This document shows positions 1 through 8,346 of a stretch of DNA of 43,531 bases, in pieces (positions within the stretch are counted from its first letter, which is position 1; each line of letters begins with the position of its first letter). The position numbers were made by a program, and so were the translations under genes. The stretch is from the sequence record DRR723986_647; one strand, given 5' to 3'. The notes under the pieces were generated by a model. It was given only the letters and a program-made list of their open reading frames with translations. It made no database searches and was not told the DNA's origin.

Positions 1-335
1 GTATCAGCCTTTGCACCAGGCAACCCGGCTGCAAACAACAAATAGCGAAAGGGTGGTAATGAAATTGGGTCACCGAACAAAATAGAATCAGACACAAGCC
101 GAACGGCATCGCCAGCTACGCTCACAGACACCCCTGTTAGCGGCTTTGGATTATAATCAAGCCCCACTATTTCCGCAGCATTGACATCTGAAAATACTGT
201 ATCATTCGCGGCATCAGAGGTGAAAGCCGGGCTCATAAGATGGGCGGATATGCCCTGATGGATATAGCCAGGCAACACTCCGCTAACGACATTTTTGAGT
301 GTCTGCTTGTAAGCAATCATCTCGCCGATCAACAT
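1..335 (-). CDS. Putative phage/GTA virion structural protein (partial, runs off left edge)
   Basis: My translation from ATG at 335 (RBS GGAG upstream) is MLIGEMIAYKQTLKNVVSG...HLMSPAFTSDAANDTVFSDVNAAEIVGLDYNPKPLTGVSVSVAGDAVRLVSDSILFGDPISLPPFRYLLF..., open to the edge. It resembles small phage virion/tail proteins with a D..F.DV.A.E..G..Y motif, and is co-oriented with the fibre and capsid genes. Confidence 0.6.
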   Translation of the reverse strand, partial: MLIGEMIAYKQTLKNVVSGVLPGYIHQGISAHLMSPAFTSDAANDTVFSDVNAAEIVGLDYNPKPLTGVSVSVAGDAVRLVSDSILFGDPISLPPFRYLLFAAGLPGAKAD

Positions 336-385
336 GGCACAGCTCCATTTTTCAAAAAATAATAAGGCAAAAAAGCAAAAGTACT

Positions 386-616
386 TTAAACGCCGGTTAG
401 CTTTCGACGGCCTGACCTGGACCTCACAGCTCGAGACCTGACTTGCGGAGCTACACCCTGTTTTCGCCCGGCCACAAAAGCAGGCGTATCGTCAGCAAAC
501 ATGGTCAGGGCAGACGAAGAAACTGTGATAATGCCAAAATTAAGCGAGAGCATTTCACTGCGTATTCTGATTGCAGCCATTGGTGCGGCCGCAATAGTTG
601 ATCCTAAAAGGGTCAT
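386..616 (-). CDS. Small hypothetical phage-type protein
   Basis: ORF MTLLGSTIAAAPMAA...; this N-terminus resembles small virion proteins that follow fibre genes. Start may be the GTG at 628. Confidence 0.45.
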   Translation of the reverse strand: MTLLGSTIAAAPMAAIRIRSEMLSLNFGIITVSSSALTMFADDTPAFVAGRKQGVAPQVRSRAVRSRSGRRKLTGV

Positions 617-686
617 GAGAATATCCACATATTGCTGTAGTATTGGAATGCGAGACAGACAGATAGCCTATCTCACAGTTTTTCCG

Positions 687-890
687 CTATTGGGCCAGTG
701 ATTTGACATCATCGTTTGCTACCGCTGCACTTTTTGGTGCCTCTTCAGAAATAATAGCGGAAAGACAATTGAAAATATCCACATAAACCGGCATTTCTGC
801 GCCTTGCATTTGTGTGCGTTGCAGAAACTGCAAGATGGCTTTTGCTTGCTCAACTGAGATCATGTTTGGTTGATTTTGGGTGTTTGTCAT
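687..890 (-). CDS. Small hypothetical phage protein (possible fibre chaperone)
   Basis: 67-aa ORF with strong RBS (AAGGAG) directly downstream of the fibre gene; helical character. Confidence 0.6.
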   Translation of the reverse strand: MTNTQNQPNMISVEQAKAILQFLQRTQMQGAEMPVYVDIFNCLSAIISEEAPKSAAVANDDVKSLAQ

Positions 891-1063
891 TGGGTAAACT
901 CCTTCTATAGGCAGTTGGGTCGCCGCCTCACCATGAGCACGACATTTGAATATTAGGACACAATTAGATGGCCCTAATCAGGTTACAGATTGTGGAAAGC
1001 TTAAAGCGTACGGCGCCGATTTACGACGAACCACACCGACTAAAAAACTGCAGCTTGGTTGTT

Positions 1064-4000
1064 TTATCCGTTGTTGGAACGTGACAGCTCAACCCACAAC
1101 CCGCTATCATGGATAAGCACAAGCATGTCGGTGGACAGGTCCATTGTGAAATCACCGTTCAAGGCAATCGTAGCGCTATCCTTAACAACAACAGTATTGC
1201 TATCCGTTGCTGCTCTGAGCACTAAAATATCTCCGTTGTTGCCGCCATTTATGGTGGTTAAGTCGTCCGTGCTGCCGCTTTCAACGGCGATACGGTGAAA
1301 GCTTTTAGAAACAGTTACAGCCCCACTAGATATAGTGAGCGTTTCAACGCCTCCTAAAGATAACTTACCTTCAAGGTTTAATGACTTGTCTTCCTTGATC
1401 TCCGCAGCAAGTGCAAGACCCTCTGAGACATTCCGCACCCAAAACTGCATATCTGCATCACTGGTGGAAGAGCCGTTAAGTACGTTGATACGGGCCATTA
1501 CGCTATCGGCATTGTTAGCAAATTCTACGTTCCCTAGACCACTTCCAGCGGAACCGGCGTTGTTACGCCTTATAGTTATCTTGGCTGCGTTGCTGGCCGC
1601 AGATACCTGTAGGTCAGATATGCGGATGGCGGATGTATTGTTAAAGTCCCAATAGTCCGCACTGTGGTCCCAATGCAACCTATCGGTGGAGCCTGTTCTT
1701 ATTAATATATCATTAGCTTGAATGCTGTGCGTACTTCCGTAGAGGATTATATTTGCCCCGGTGGTGTCAGTACCTGAGTAGATATCAAGAGCGCTAGAGT
1801 TACTATCCCCGTGTATGGCTGGGACTGTTGTGGTGCCACTGAACTCTACATTTCCGCTGTTATCGACACCAATAGCGGTCGTTGATCCTATCTTTAGGTT
1901 AAATAATCCATCGCCAGCGCTCTCGCTATTTGATGTGAACTCGATAGCCGCTGCAAGAGAGCTATTTTGATAATACCCTATTTTGAATAGATCGGGGTCT
2001 CCCTCTTCAATCCCGGCAGCAACATAATCACCCGTTGACCCGCCAAAAAATATGTTCTTAGTTTCAGCTACATGTAAATCACCACTGACGGTCAGATCGC
2101 CGTTGACAGTCGCGTCGGTTTCTAATGTTGCTAAACTGGAAGTGAACGCCCCAACCACGTTGTTGCCGTTTGCGGCAAGATACAAAGTACCCTCAGAGCG
2201 CAAGGCGAGATCATCGGCCGTCTTGCCAGATATTGCAGCACCCGCGCCGCCACCAATATAGCCGAAAGGTGTGCCATTAGCCTTTAAAAACGTACCTACT
2301 GCGCCGGTATCAGCGCCCGATTTCATTTTAAACCAAACCCCACTAGTAACGTCTATGTCTAGTCTTGTTTTTAAAGTTGTTAGGCCAACCCCAAACTCGG
2401 CGAGATTAACCTCATCATATCGGATAAATGTTTGATCAGCGTAAGTGGTATGCGACTGTCCGTGTATTCTGATATTAGCACCCACAGTTGGGGACGTACC
2501 CCCCGATAACGTCATCTGCGTGGTAGAAGACGATTGGAATACAGAATTTAATTCAGAAATACTAGATACAACAAGGCGGCCAGCCATGGTCCACACTGAA
2601 CCGCTATCATCCCATCTCAGCCTTTGCGTAGTGCCTGACCTGAACAATATATCATTAGCTGTGGTGGCGTGGTTTTCTCCATAAAGTACTAAATTACCAC
2701 CGCTATCACCGTCCGTGCCGCCAGCTAGGATAAGCTGCACGGCATTGTTACCTCTAACTATAGAGGGTACACCGCTAATAGCGTTAGAATTGTAATTCCA
2801 TATAGACAGGCTAGCATCCCAAAGCAGCTTGGTATCAGACCCTTCTCGGAAGTTAATGTCTCCAGCGGTACCGGCGTACGCACTCCCACTAAATATAACA
2901 TTGCCGCCATCATTAGTGGCATCACCCCCGGCTAGCTGTATCTGAGCATTCGAACTGTTTCGAATCATCCCTGCACCGCTGGTCTTTATAAGCCCCGTGA
3001 CTGTCATGTTTCCAGTAGCGCCGTCAATTGCCCATTTATCGACAAAGGCAATGTCCGTGTCGACTGCGCCGCTCGTTGCATATTTATAAGCTATGCCTGT
3101 CGTAGTTTGACTTAGCGTTGTTGCCGTTCCAGTAGACTGTCTTTTCCACGTGCTGCCCGTAGAGAAATAAGCATTTACATTAGACCACCTGTCCACTCCT
3201 GTAGCGTTAAACATATCTGAATGTAGAGAGCAATACTGTACCGCGCGGTAACTATTGTGCCATGTTTCTGCGCCAGCATTGAATAACAACACTCTTCCTG
3301 TGCTGTCGAAGTCCAAGTCGCTGGAACCTGTTATATTTAGTCTGCCAGACATAGATAAGGAAGTAATACCTTCAACAGCGAGTGTGGTGAAACTCCATGA
3401 ACCGCCTGAATGGTTATAAAACAACTTGTTCGTTGAACCTGCCCTCAAAGCAATATCAGAAGCCTGTGTAGCATGAGCGCTAGGATAGAGAACTATGTTT
3501 GCACCAGCACCGACACTTGTATCTGACCCTAAGACAATACCGCCTGTACTATTGTTACTAAGAATGCTTCCGGCGACTGCTATATTACCGGCAGTTTCGA
3601 TATTCCCAAGCGCATCAAGGGTGAGATTCTCAACCGCACCGCTACCACGCAACACAAGATTATCAGCATTACCGTTAGCCTTGATAATAGCCTTGTTTGT
3701 GTCCCATGAAAGTTCACCACCTGCTGCAGAAGGGTTCCATGCAACAACACCGTCATCATTAACATAAAACCGCCGCGCACCGGCGCCGTGAACCTCAAAC
3801 TGTTTGTCATTTAACGAACTGCCTATACTCATCCCTGCGTCCACCGTAACACCGGCCCCCGGCGCAACCTCAGAGATCACATCGGCCTTAATATTGGGGT
3901 CCAGCAGAAAGTCCGCCGTCGCCGCACAAAACACCAATGCATTGCCAGACAAATCGATAGCACCAGGGCTGATTTTGTCATAAACCCCGTCCACCAAGGT

Positions 4001-4213
4001 TTCACCAACAGATGTTCGTTCCAGCGTATCTGTCGCCACTAACGTGCCATTGCCAATTTCATAATTATCACCGTCCTCAATCACATAGGTAACGGTGTCT
4101 CCCACGGAAAAGGCATCCGCAAATGTAACGTGGGCAGCAACAGCACCTACCAGGGTAATGTCGCCAGTGCCGGTCGTCAGCGTTACTTCTCGCACTCTGT
4201 TTGCAAGCGTCAT
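1064..4213 (-). CDS. Phage fibre/spike protein with about five internal repeats
   Basis: N-terminal LANRVREVTLTTGTGDITL.GA virion-attachment-type motif; Gly/Ser/Thr-rich beta composition; repeated GxN(I/V/L)x(L/I/F)xG/P..H...AxD(I)xxRxGxxx(K/R)LxW units; fibre-tip-like C-terminus (WVELSRSNN). Likely start ATG 4213 (RBS AAGGA); the track starts at 4228. Confidence 0.75.
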   Translation of the reverse strand: MTLANRVREVTLTTGTGDITLVGAVAAHVTFADAFSVGDTVTYVIEDGDNYEIGNGTLVATDTLERTSVGETLVDGVYDKISPGAIDLSGNALVFCAATADFLLDPNIKADVISEVAPGAGVTVDAGMSIGSSLNDKQFEVHGAGARRFYVNDDGVVAWNPSAAGGELSWDTNKAIIKANGNADNLVLRGSGAVENLTLDALGNIETAGNIAVAGSILSNNSTGGIVLGSDTSVGAGANIVLYPSAHATQASDIALRAGSTNKLFYNHSGGSWSFTTLAVEGITSLSMSGRLNITGSSDLDFDSTGRVLLFNAGAETWHNSYRAVQYCSLHSDMFNATGVDRWSNVNAYFSTGSTWKRQSTGTATTLSQTTTGIAYKYATSGAVDTDIAFVDKWAIDGATGNMTVTGLIKTSGAGMIRNSSNAQIQLAGGDATNDGGNVIFSGSAYAGTAGDINFREGSDTKLLWDASLSIWNYNSNAISGVPSIVRGNNAVQLILAGGTDGDSGGNLVLYGENHATTANDILFRSGTTQRLRWDDSGSVWTMAGRLVVSSISELNSVFQSSSTTQMTLSGGTSPTVGANIRIHGQSHTTYADQTFIRYDEVNLAEFGVGLTTLKTRLDIDVTSGVWFKMKSGADTGAVGTFLKANGTPFGYIGGGAGAAISGKTADDLALRSEGTLYLAANGNNVVGAFTSSLATLETDATVNGDLTVSGDLHVAETKNIFFGGSTGDYVAAGIEEGDPDLFKIGYYQNSSLAAAIEFTSNSESAGDGLFNLKIGSTTAIGVDNSGNVEFSGTTTVPAIHGDSNSSALDIYSGTDTTGANIILYGSTHSIQANDILIRTGSTDRLHWDHSADYWDFNNTSAIRISDLQVSAASNAAKITIRRNNAGSAGSGLGNVEFANNADSVMARINVLNGSSTSDADMQFWVRNVSEGLALAAEIKEDKSLNLEGKLSLGGVETLTISSGAVTVSKSFHRIAVESGSTDDLTTINGGNNGDILVLRAATDSNTVVVKDSATIALNGDFTMDLSTDMLVLIHDSGLWVELSRSNNG

Positions 4214-4253
4214 CCAGCAATCCTTCATGAAATCAAAATGGCAAATTTGGGCA

Positions 4254-4279
4254 TAAAAAAAGCGGGGCTTGCCCCGCTT
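4254..4279 (-). terminator. Intrinsic terminator after the major capsid gene
   Basis: Minus strand AAGCGGGGCAAGCCCCGCTTTTTTTA: GC-rich hairpin plus U-tract. Confidence 0.8.
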
Positions 4280-4308
4280 CTGGTATTGTTAGGTATCCGC
4301 CACAGTGG

Positions 4309-5397
4309 TTACGCTGCAAACTCCAACAGCTTAATCGCGTCTGCATTTACAACGGCGCCGCCCACCCGCTTAGTGGCATAGAACAACACATTTGGTTTGT
4401 TGGTGTATGGGTCGCGCAGCACGCGCGTGCCGGTGCGCTCTACAATGGTGTAACCACGCTCGAAGTTACCGAAAGCAACCGAAAGCGAACCTGCCGCCAT
4501 ATCGGGCATATCTTCCGCTTCCACGACCGGGTAACCCAGCAACATGTCAGGCTGACCTTCAATCAAGCCTGGGCGCCAGATGAAATTGCCGTCTGTGTCT
4601 TTCATCTTGCGAATTTCAGCCAACGTCGCGCTGTTCATCACGAACTTTGCACCCTGCCGGTACCGGCTACCTAGTGCATGCACCAAGTCGACCAGAATGT
4701 CGGAAGGGTCAGAGCCGGGAAAACCACCATCAACGCCCGTTGTTACCTTGCCAATCGCAGCTTCAGTCAAAAAGCCTTTGGGCTTATTCACACCGTCACC
4801 GTCAATTACCGCTGCGCCTTCCTGGGCGGCAAACTCTTCTGCCACTTCTTCGGTCAGCCATGCTTCGGCGTCAAACTGCATGTCGTCCAGTGCGCGCTGG
4901 GTTGCAGCAGCGTTGGCGTAAATTTCGCCGGGTGTGATCGCAACTTCGATTAGCGACGGCGTTGCGGTATCACCGCGCGCATCTTCCTCGCCCACCCAGC
5001 CAGAAGCCGTACCGCCTGTGTTCACCAACCTCGTATATTTTGACGTCTCAATGGTTTTAACTTTACAAATTGAGCGCATGGGCGACAGATCACGCAGTTG
5101 CTTTTCAATCTCGCTGTCAATCACTGTGGGCACAGCAAAGCCGCCGTCACCGCCAGTTGCGGTTGAAAGACCTTTGGCCTCCAGGTCTTTCAACAGGCTG
5201 TCATCACCTTTGGTGATAAAGCCGTTTAGAAATGCGTGCTTATGCTCAAGCGCATCGGCGCATATGGCACTGCCGGCGTCGCCCGGGCGGGCCATTTTTG
5301 TTTCCATTGCATCCAGTCTGTCTTTCAGGCCCAGGATGCCACTTTCTGCCGCGTCGGTGTAATCATCGATCGCAGTCTTTAGGTCAGTCATTTCCAT
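4309..5397 (-). CDS. HK97-family major capsid protein (RcGTA-like)
   Basis: Motifs LEAKGLSTATGGDGGFAVP, ASGWVGE, GDGVNKPKGFL, LLGYPVVEAEDMPD, FGNFERGY and RDPYTNKPNVLFYATKRVGG are typical of alphaproteobacterial GTA/HK97 capsids. Confidence 0.95.
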   Translation of the reverse strand: MEMTDLKTAIDDYTDAAESGILGLKDRLDAMETKMARPGDAGSAICADALEHKHAFLNGFITKGDDSLLKDLEAKGLSTATGGDGGFAVPTVIDSEIEKQLRDLSPMRSICKVKTIETSKYTRLVNTGGTASGWVGEEDARGDTATPSLIEVAITPGEIYANAAATQRALDDMQFDAEAWLTEEVAEEFAAQEGAAVIDGDGVNKPKGFLTEAAIGKVTTGVDGGFPGSDPSDILVDLVHALGSRYRQGAKFVMNSATLAEIRKMKDTDGNFIWRPGLIEGQPDMLLGYPVVEAEDMPDMAAGSLSVAFGNFERGYTIVERTGTRVLRDPYTNKPNVLFYATKRVGGAVVNADAIKLLEFAA

Positions 5398-5549
5398 GAC
5401 ATTTGTCCTTCTCTAAATTGTTAAGGGGTGCTGGCAAACGCCAGCGATCAAAAAGGCCAAATGCCTGCCTCGCGCAGACCAAGTGGACCGTGGGTCAGGC
5501 CGCAAACCCCGGCATCACGCCGGATGGATTGGACCAAAGTTAAATAATA

Positions 5550-5582
5550 GAAAACCCGACCACCATTTCTGGTGTCGGGCTT
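5550..5582 (-). terminator. Intrinsic terminator after the ubiquitin-like gene
   Basis: Minus strand AAGCCCGACACCAGAAATGGTGGTCGGGTTTTC: hairpin plus short U-tract. Confidence 0.6.
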
Positions 5583-5631
5583 GCAATGTTTAGTCGAATA
5601 ATTTTTTACCCTATTTACAAAAAACTACCTA

Positions 5632-5940
5632 CTACCTGCATTGATTTGAAGACGGCACCTCTTTTATCCGCAAAACCGACCCCCGGCCTAAATATAACTC
5701 AGAAAGTGTTTTGTCATCATCCAGGGGACCACCGCCCTGTGTTAAGTGAAACTTTCGTATTTCAAGACCAAGCTTGGCAGATACCTGTTGCTTTAAAGCG
5801 CAAATCATCATCGTATCGAGATCAATATTCTTGAATTGAAACTGCTCACCGTTATACCGAACGTGTACATAATCCGTCGCCGCCAGCGCTGGGACAAATC
5901 CCACGCACAACAAAACTATCGCTAAAATCAACCGTTTCAT
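5632..5940 (-). CDS. Secreted ubiquitin-like (beta-grasp) protein
   Basis: Sec signal MKRLILAIVLLCVGFVPALA. The mature segment LKQQVSAKLGLEIRKFHLTQGGGPLDDDKTLSELYLGRGSVLRI aligns by eye with ubiquitin [44 protein letters not shown]. No C-terminal GG. RBS GGGAG. Confidence 0.8.
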   Translation of the reverse strand: MKRLILAIVLLCVGFVPALAATDYVHVRYNGEQFQFKNIDLDTMMICALKQQVSAKLGLEIRKFHLTQGGGPLDDDKTLSELYLGRGSVLRIKEVPSSNQCR

Positions 5941-6035
5941 ATCGCACGCTCCCCTTGTTCATTCGTGTAGGGGTTATACTATGGCAGGCAAAATGAATTG
6001 TAAATAAACGCTTTATTAGTTAAACACTAAGGCAT

Positions 6036-6050
6036 GTTCTGTTTATGTTC
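6036..6050. promoter_or_regulatory. Alphaproteobacterial LexA (SOS) box GTTC-N7-GTTC
   Basis: GTTC-TGTTTAT-GTTC is an exact consensus match in the AT-rich divergent promoter region, about 40 bp upstream of ORF 6091. Confidence 0.7.
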
Positions 6051-6090
6051 TTTGTAGCGGAGCTACGTTGTCCAAACACGGGGTACCATT

Positions 6091-6795
6091 ATGACAAATC
6101 GTAAAATATTCATTACTGGCATGCTCGCTGGCATTATATTAACGGTAGTGATAGGCTCAATTGGCGAAGACACACCCTACAGCCAAACATACCTACGGCT
6201 GAGTAATGATGACCCTTCGCTTGCGTTGCCAACGTTTGCAAAAAACATCGAAGTTATCGCACCTGTTTTTAGTCAAGAGAAAGCCGCTAATACAGCCTAT
6301 ATTTCAATATACACCGCTCGGCCCTTGCTTGATATCACGCCGACCGAAGTTGAGAGCGTTTGCATCCGAAACGCCTTACTCGATTTTGACGGTGCTGAAA
6401 AATGGGAAGCCGAAGTTAATCTCACAGACCCAGACGCAATCGCCAAAGCCCACGTCGATGCGGGTACATTCCACAACAACGAACGTCAGCCAATCGGAGT
6501 TGTTCGATTTGGCCAACTCAATGACTACGAACAAAATGTCAAAATTGGTTCTTTCTTTGAGCGGACTAACCCCTCTATTGAAGAAGCACAAAATCAGCGT
6601 GACAAAATCAGCGTTTTTTTCAACGAGATGGATGTCCCAAACATGTCTCTTATTTTATTGCAGCTTGACGGTACCGGCGTCATCAAGCCTTGTGATTCCT
6701 CAATGGACATGACCGTCTACGACCGATGGCGTCATCAATGGACCAGTGGCCAAGGCTACAACGGAGTTGCGCTAGCGCCCGGGTATAAATACTGA
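6091..6795 (+). CDS. Hypothetical N-terminally anchored/exported protein
   Basis: 234-aa ORF with N-terminal hydrophobic helix and two Cys; GGGG upstream of ATG. No family recognised. Confidence 0.75.
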   Translation: MTNRKIFITGMLAGIILTVVIGSIGEDTPYSQTYLRLSNDDPSLALPTFAKNIEVIAPVFSQEKAANTAYISIYTARPLLDITPTEVESVCIRNALLDFDGAEKWEAEVNLTDPDAIAKAHVDAGTFHNNERQPIGVVRFGQLNDYEQNVKIGSFFERTNPSIEEAQNQRDKISVFFNEMDVPNMSLILLQLDGTGVIKPCDSSMDMTVYDRWRHQWTSGQGYNGVALAPGYKY

Positions 6796-6801
6796 GAAAA
6801 A

Positions 6802-6915
6802 ATGGCACAAGTAAACAAAGAAAAATACGAAAGTCGCTACAAGTGGAACAACCATATGCGTGGCATTGTGATGGGTATACTCCTCACCGTTATCTACTAT
6901 GAGTTTATCGCGTAG
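6802..6915 (+). CDS. Small single-TM protein (37 aa)
   Basis: My translation: MAQVNKEKYESRYKWNNHMRGIVMGILLTVIYYEFIA. It begins 6 nt after the upstream stop and is below the ORF-track length cut-off. Confidence 0.45.
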   Translation: MAQVNKEKYESRYKWNNHMRGIVMGILLTVIYYEFIA

Positions 6916-6943
6916 GGATCCCTGTACTGTTGTTGGTGATAAA

Positions 6944-8047
6944 CTAACGTACGGAAACAGTAAATCGGCCAGCACGCTGCTTCAGATTAGCAATTGAAGG
7001 GTCTTCATGTTCATGATGAACCAACGTTGCGCTTGTACTATCCAGAACTAATTGCTCGGGAAATTGCTCTATCCAGTCTCTTGGGTTTAAAGGATTAAAT
7101 TCGGGAGGTCGTCCTCGATCAACGGAACGAGATGTATTTTGATCGGTCAATTTGATCTGATGCCGTATAGGACGTCGACCCGAAAAATCATAATAGTTAA
7201 TGAAACAAATGAACCGTGCCCAAGACGGTGCATCTATTTGAAATGTTACACGCCCCAATCTAACAGGCCCTATAGTAAAGTTTTTTTCTTTTCCCGGAAA
7301 AACAGTCACGCTCCTAAAGGGGGTTCTGACAGACTCAAATAAGTTAAGCAGAGACTCAATGCTTCGTTTTGCTTCCAGTCTGCCTTGACGGTGTTGCACC
7401 GATGTAATCAAATCAGCTATTTCTACACGATCAAAATTGCTCTTAAACCCTTTGGCCGTAATCGCCTTGGCGCGGCTGCGGGAAAAGCCCTGCTCGCGCA
7501 GGAAACGCTCGAAGGTTCGAGGGTCGTTAATGTCTCTGGTCTCGAAATTCGTGTCCATGCTTTCCGTCCTTTGTTTCACTGTCTGCACACGCGCTAACTC
7601 GTTGGCCGGGAAGGTCACCAGGGACACTTCCATCAAATCTGCGCGCTTAATAGTTCGGGTGCCCGCGGCGCTGTTGCGCATTGCCTCTTTGGTTACAAAA
7701 CCAATCGAAAGCCCGTTAAGGGCACCCATTTTTAAAAGTTCATAGGCCTCCGCGCCCCGTCCAGACTGTGCCAGCCGCCCTTTGACAAACAGGCCGCGCT
7801 CGTCTTCGCGCACCACATCAAACCGGCCAATGGGCTCTTTGGCATTGTGCTGCCACAACAGGGCAGGCAGGCGGGCTTTTAGGCTTTCCATGAACGCGCC
7901 CTTGGCCACTACATCACCGTCGCGGTCGGTGTTGCCGAACACCGCGCCGTAACCTTCAAACTCGCCGGGTAAGCCGCCCGCTTTCACCTCAAGCGGAAGG
8001 TCAATAACCGATCGTTCACTAGTGTTCAGCACGTTTTGCATCGGCAT
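6944..8047 (-). CDS. HK97-family prohead protease (peptidase S78) with an extra 140-aa C-terminal domain
   Basis: FEGYGAVFGNTDRDGDVVAKGAF, LLWQH, PIGRF, GLSIGF and LMEVSLVTFPAN identify the protease. After RLEAK (aa 227) comes an unrelated AT-rich domain. Confidence 0.9.
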   Translation of the reverse strand: MPMQNVLNTSERSVIDLPLEVKAGGLPGEFEGYGAVFGNTDRDGDVVAKGAFMESLKARLPALLWQHNAKEPIGRFDVVREDERGLFVKGRLAQSGRGAEAYELLKMGALNGLSIGFVTKEAMRNSAAGTRTIKRADLMEVSLVTFPANELARVQTVKQRTESMDTNFETRDINDPRTFERFLREQGFSRSRAKAITAKGFKSNFDRVEIADLITSVQHRQGRLEAKRSIESLLNLFESVRTPFRSVTVFPGKEKNFTIGPVRLGRVTFQIDAPSWARFICFINYYDFSGRRPIRHQIKLTDQNTSRSVDRGRPPEFNPLNPRDWIEQFPEQLVLDSTSATLVHHEHEDPSIANLKQRAGRFTVSVR

Positions 8048-8088
8048 TGTCTTTCTGTTGTTAAGAGGTAGCAGCGAAATTCAGGCAA

Positions 8089-8117
8089 TAAAAAAGGCCG
8101 GTGAAACACCAGCCTTT
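8089..8117 (-). terminator. Intrinsic terminator after cspA
   Basis: Minus strand AAAGGCTGGTGTTTCACCGGCCTTTTTTA. Confidence 0.7.
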
Positions 8118-8139
8118 AAAAACAATATTTGTAGTGAGT

Positions 8140-8346
8140 TTAGAGCAGTTTAAGTTCACCCGCGCTCATGCGGCCCCTGCGGTCTTCAACCAGCTCGTAT
8201 GAAATTGCCTGATCGTCGTCCAAGCCCCGAAGGCCTGCTTCTTCTAGTGCTGAGATATGAACAAAAACATCATCGCCGCCTGCTTCAGGCTTAATGAAGC
8301 CAAAACCCTTTGTCGCGTTAAACCATTTTACCGTACCGTTCGCCAT
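8140..8346 (-). CDS. cspA: Cold-shock protein
   Basis: GTVKWFNATKGFGFI and DVFVHISAL (RNP1/RNP2 motifs). Confidence 0.95.
   Translation of the reverse strand: MANGTVKWFNATKGFGFIKPEAGGDDVFVHISALEEAGLRGLDDDQAISYELVEDRRGRMSAGELKLL

Noticed and set aside
5632-5940. ThiS/MoaD sulfur carrier or a Bil/CBASS-type conjugated Ubl
   Set aside because: It has a signal peptide, no C-terminal Gly and no neighbouring E1/E2/JAB genes.
6772-6975. Minus-strand 67-aa ORF as an immunity gene downstream of the protease fusion
   Set aside because: It has a weak start, overlaps both neighbours and is antisense to a more plausible 37-aa ORF.
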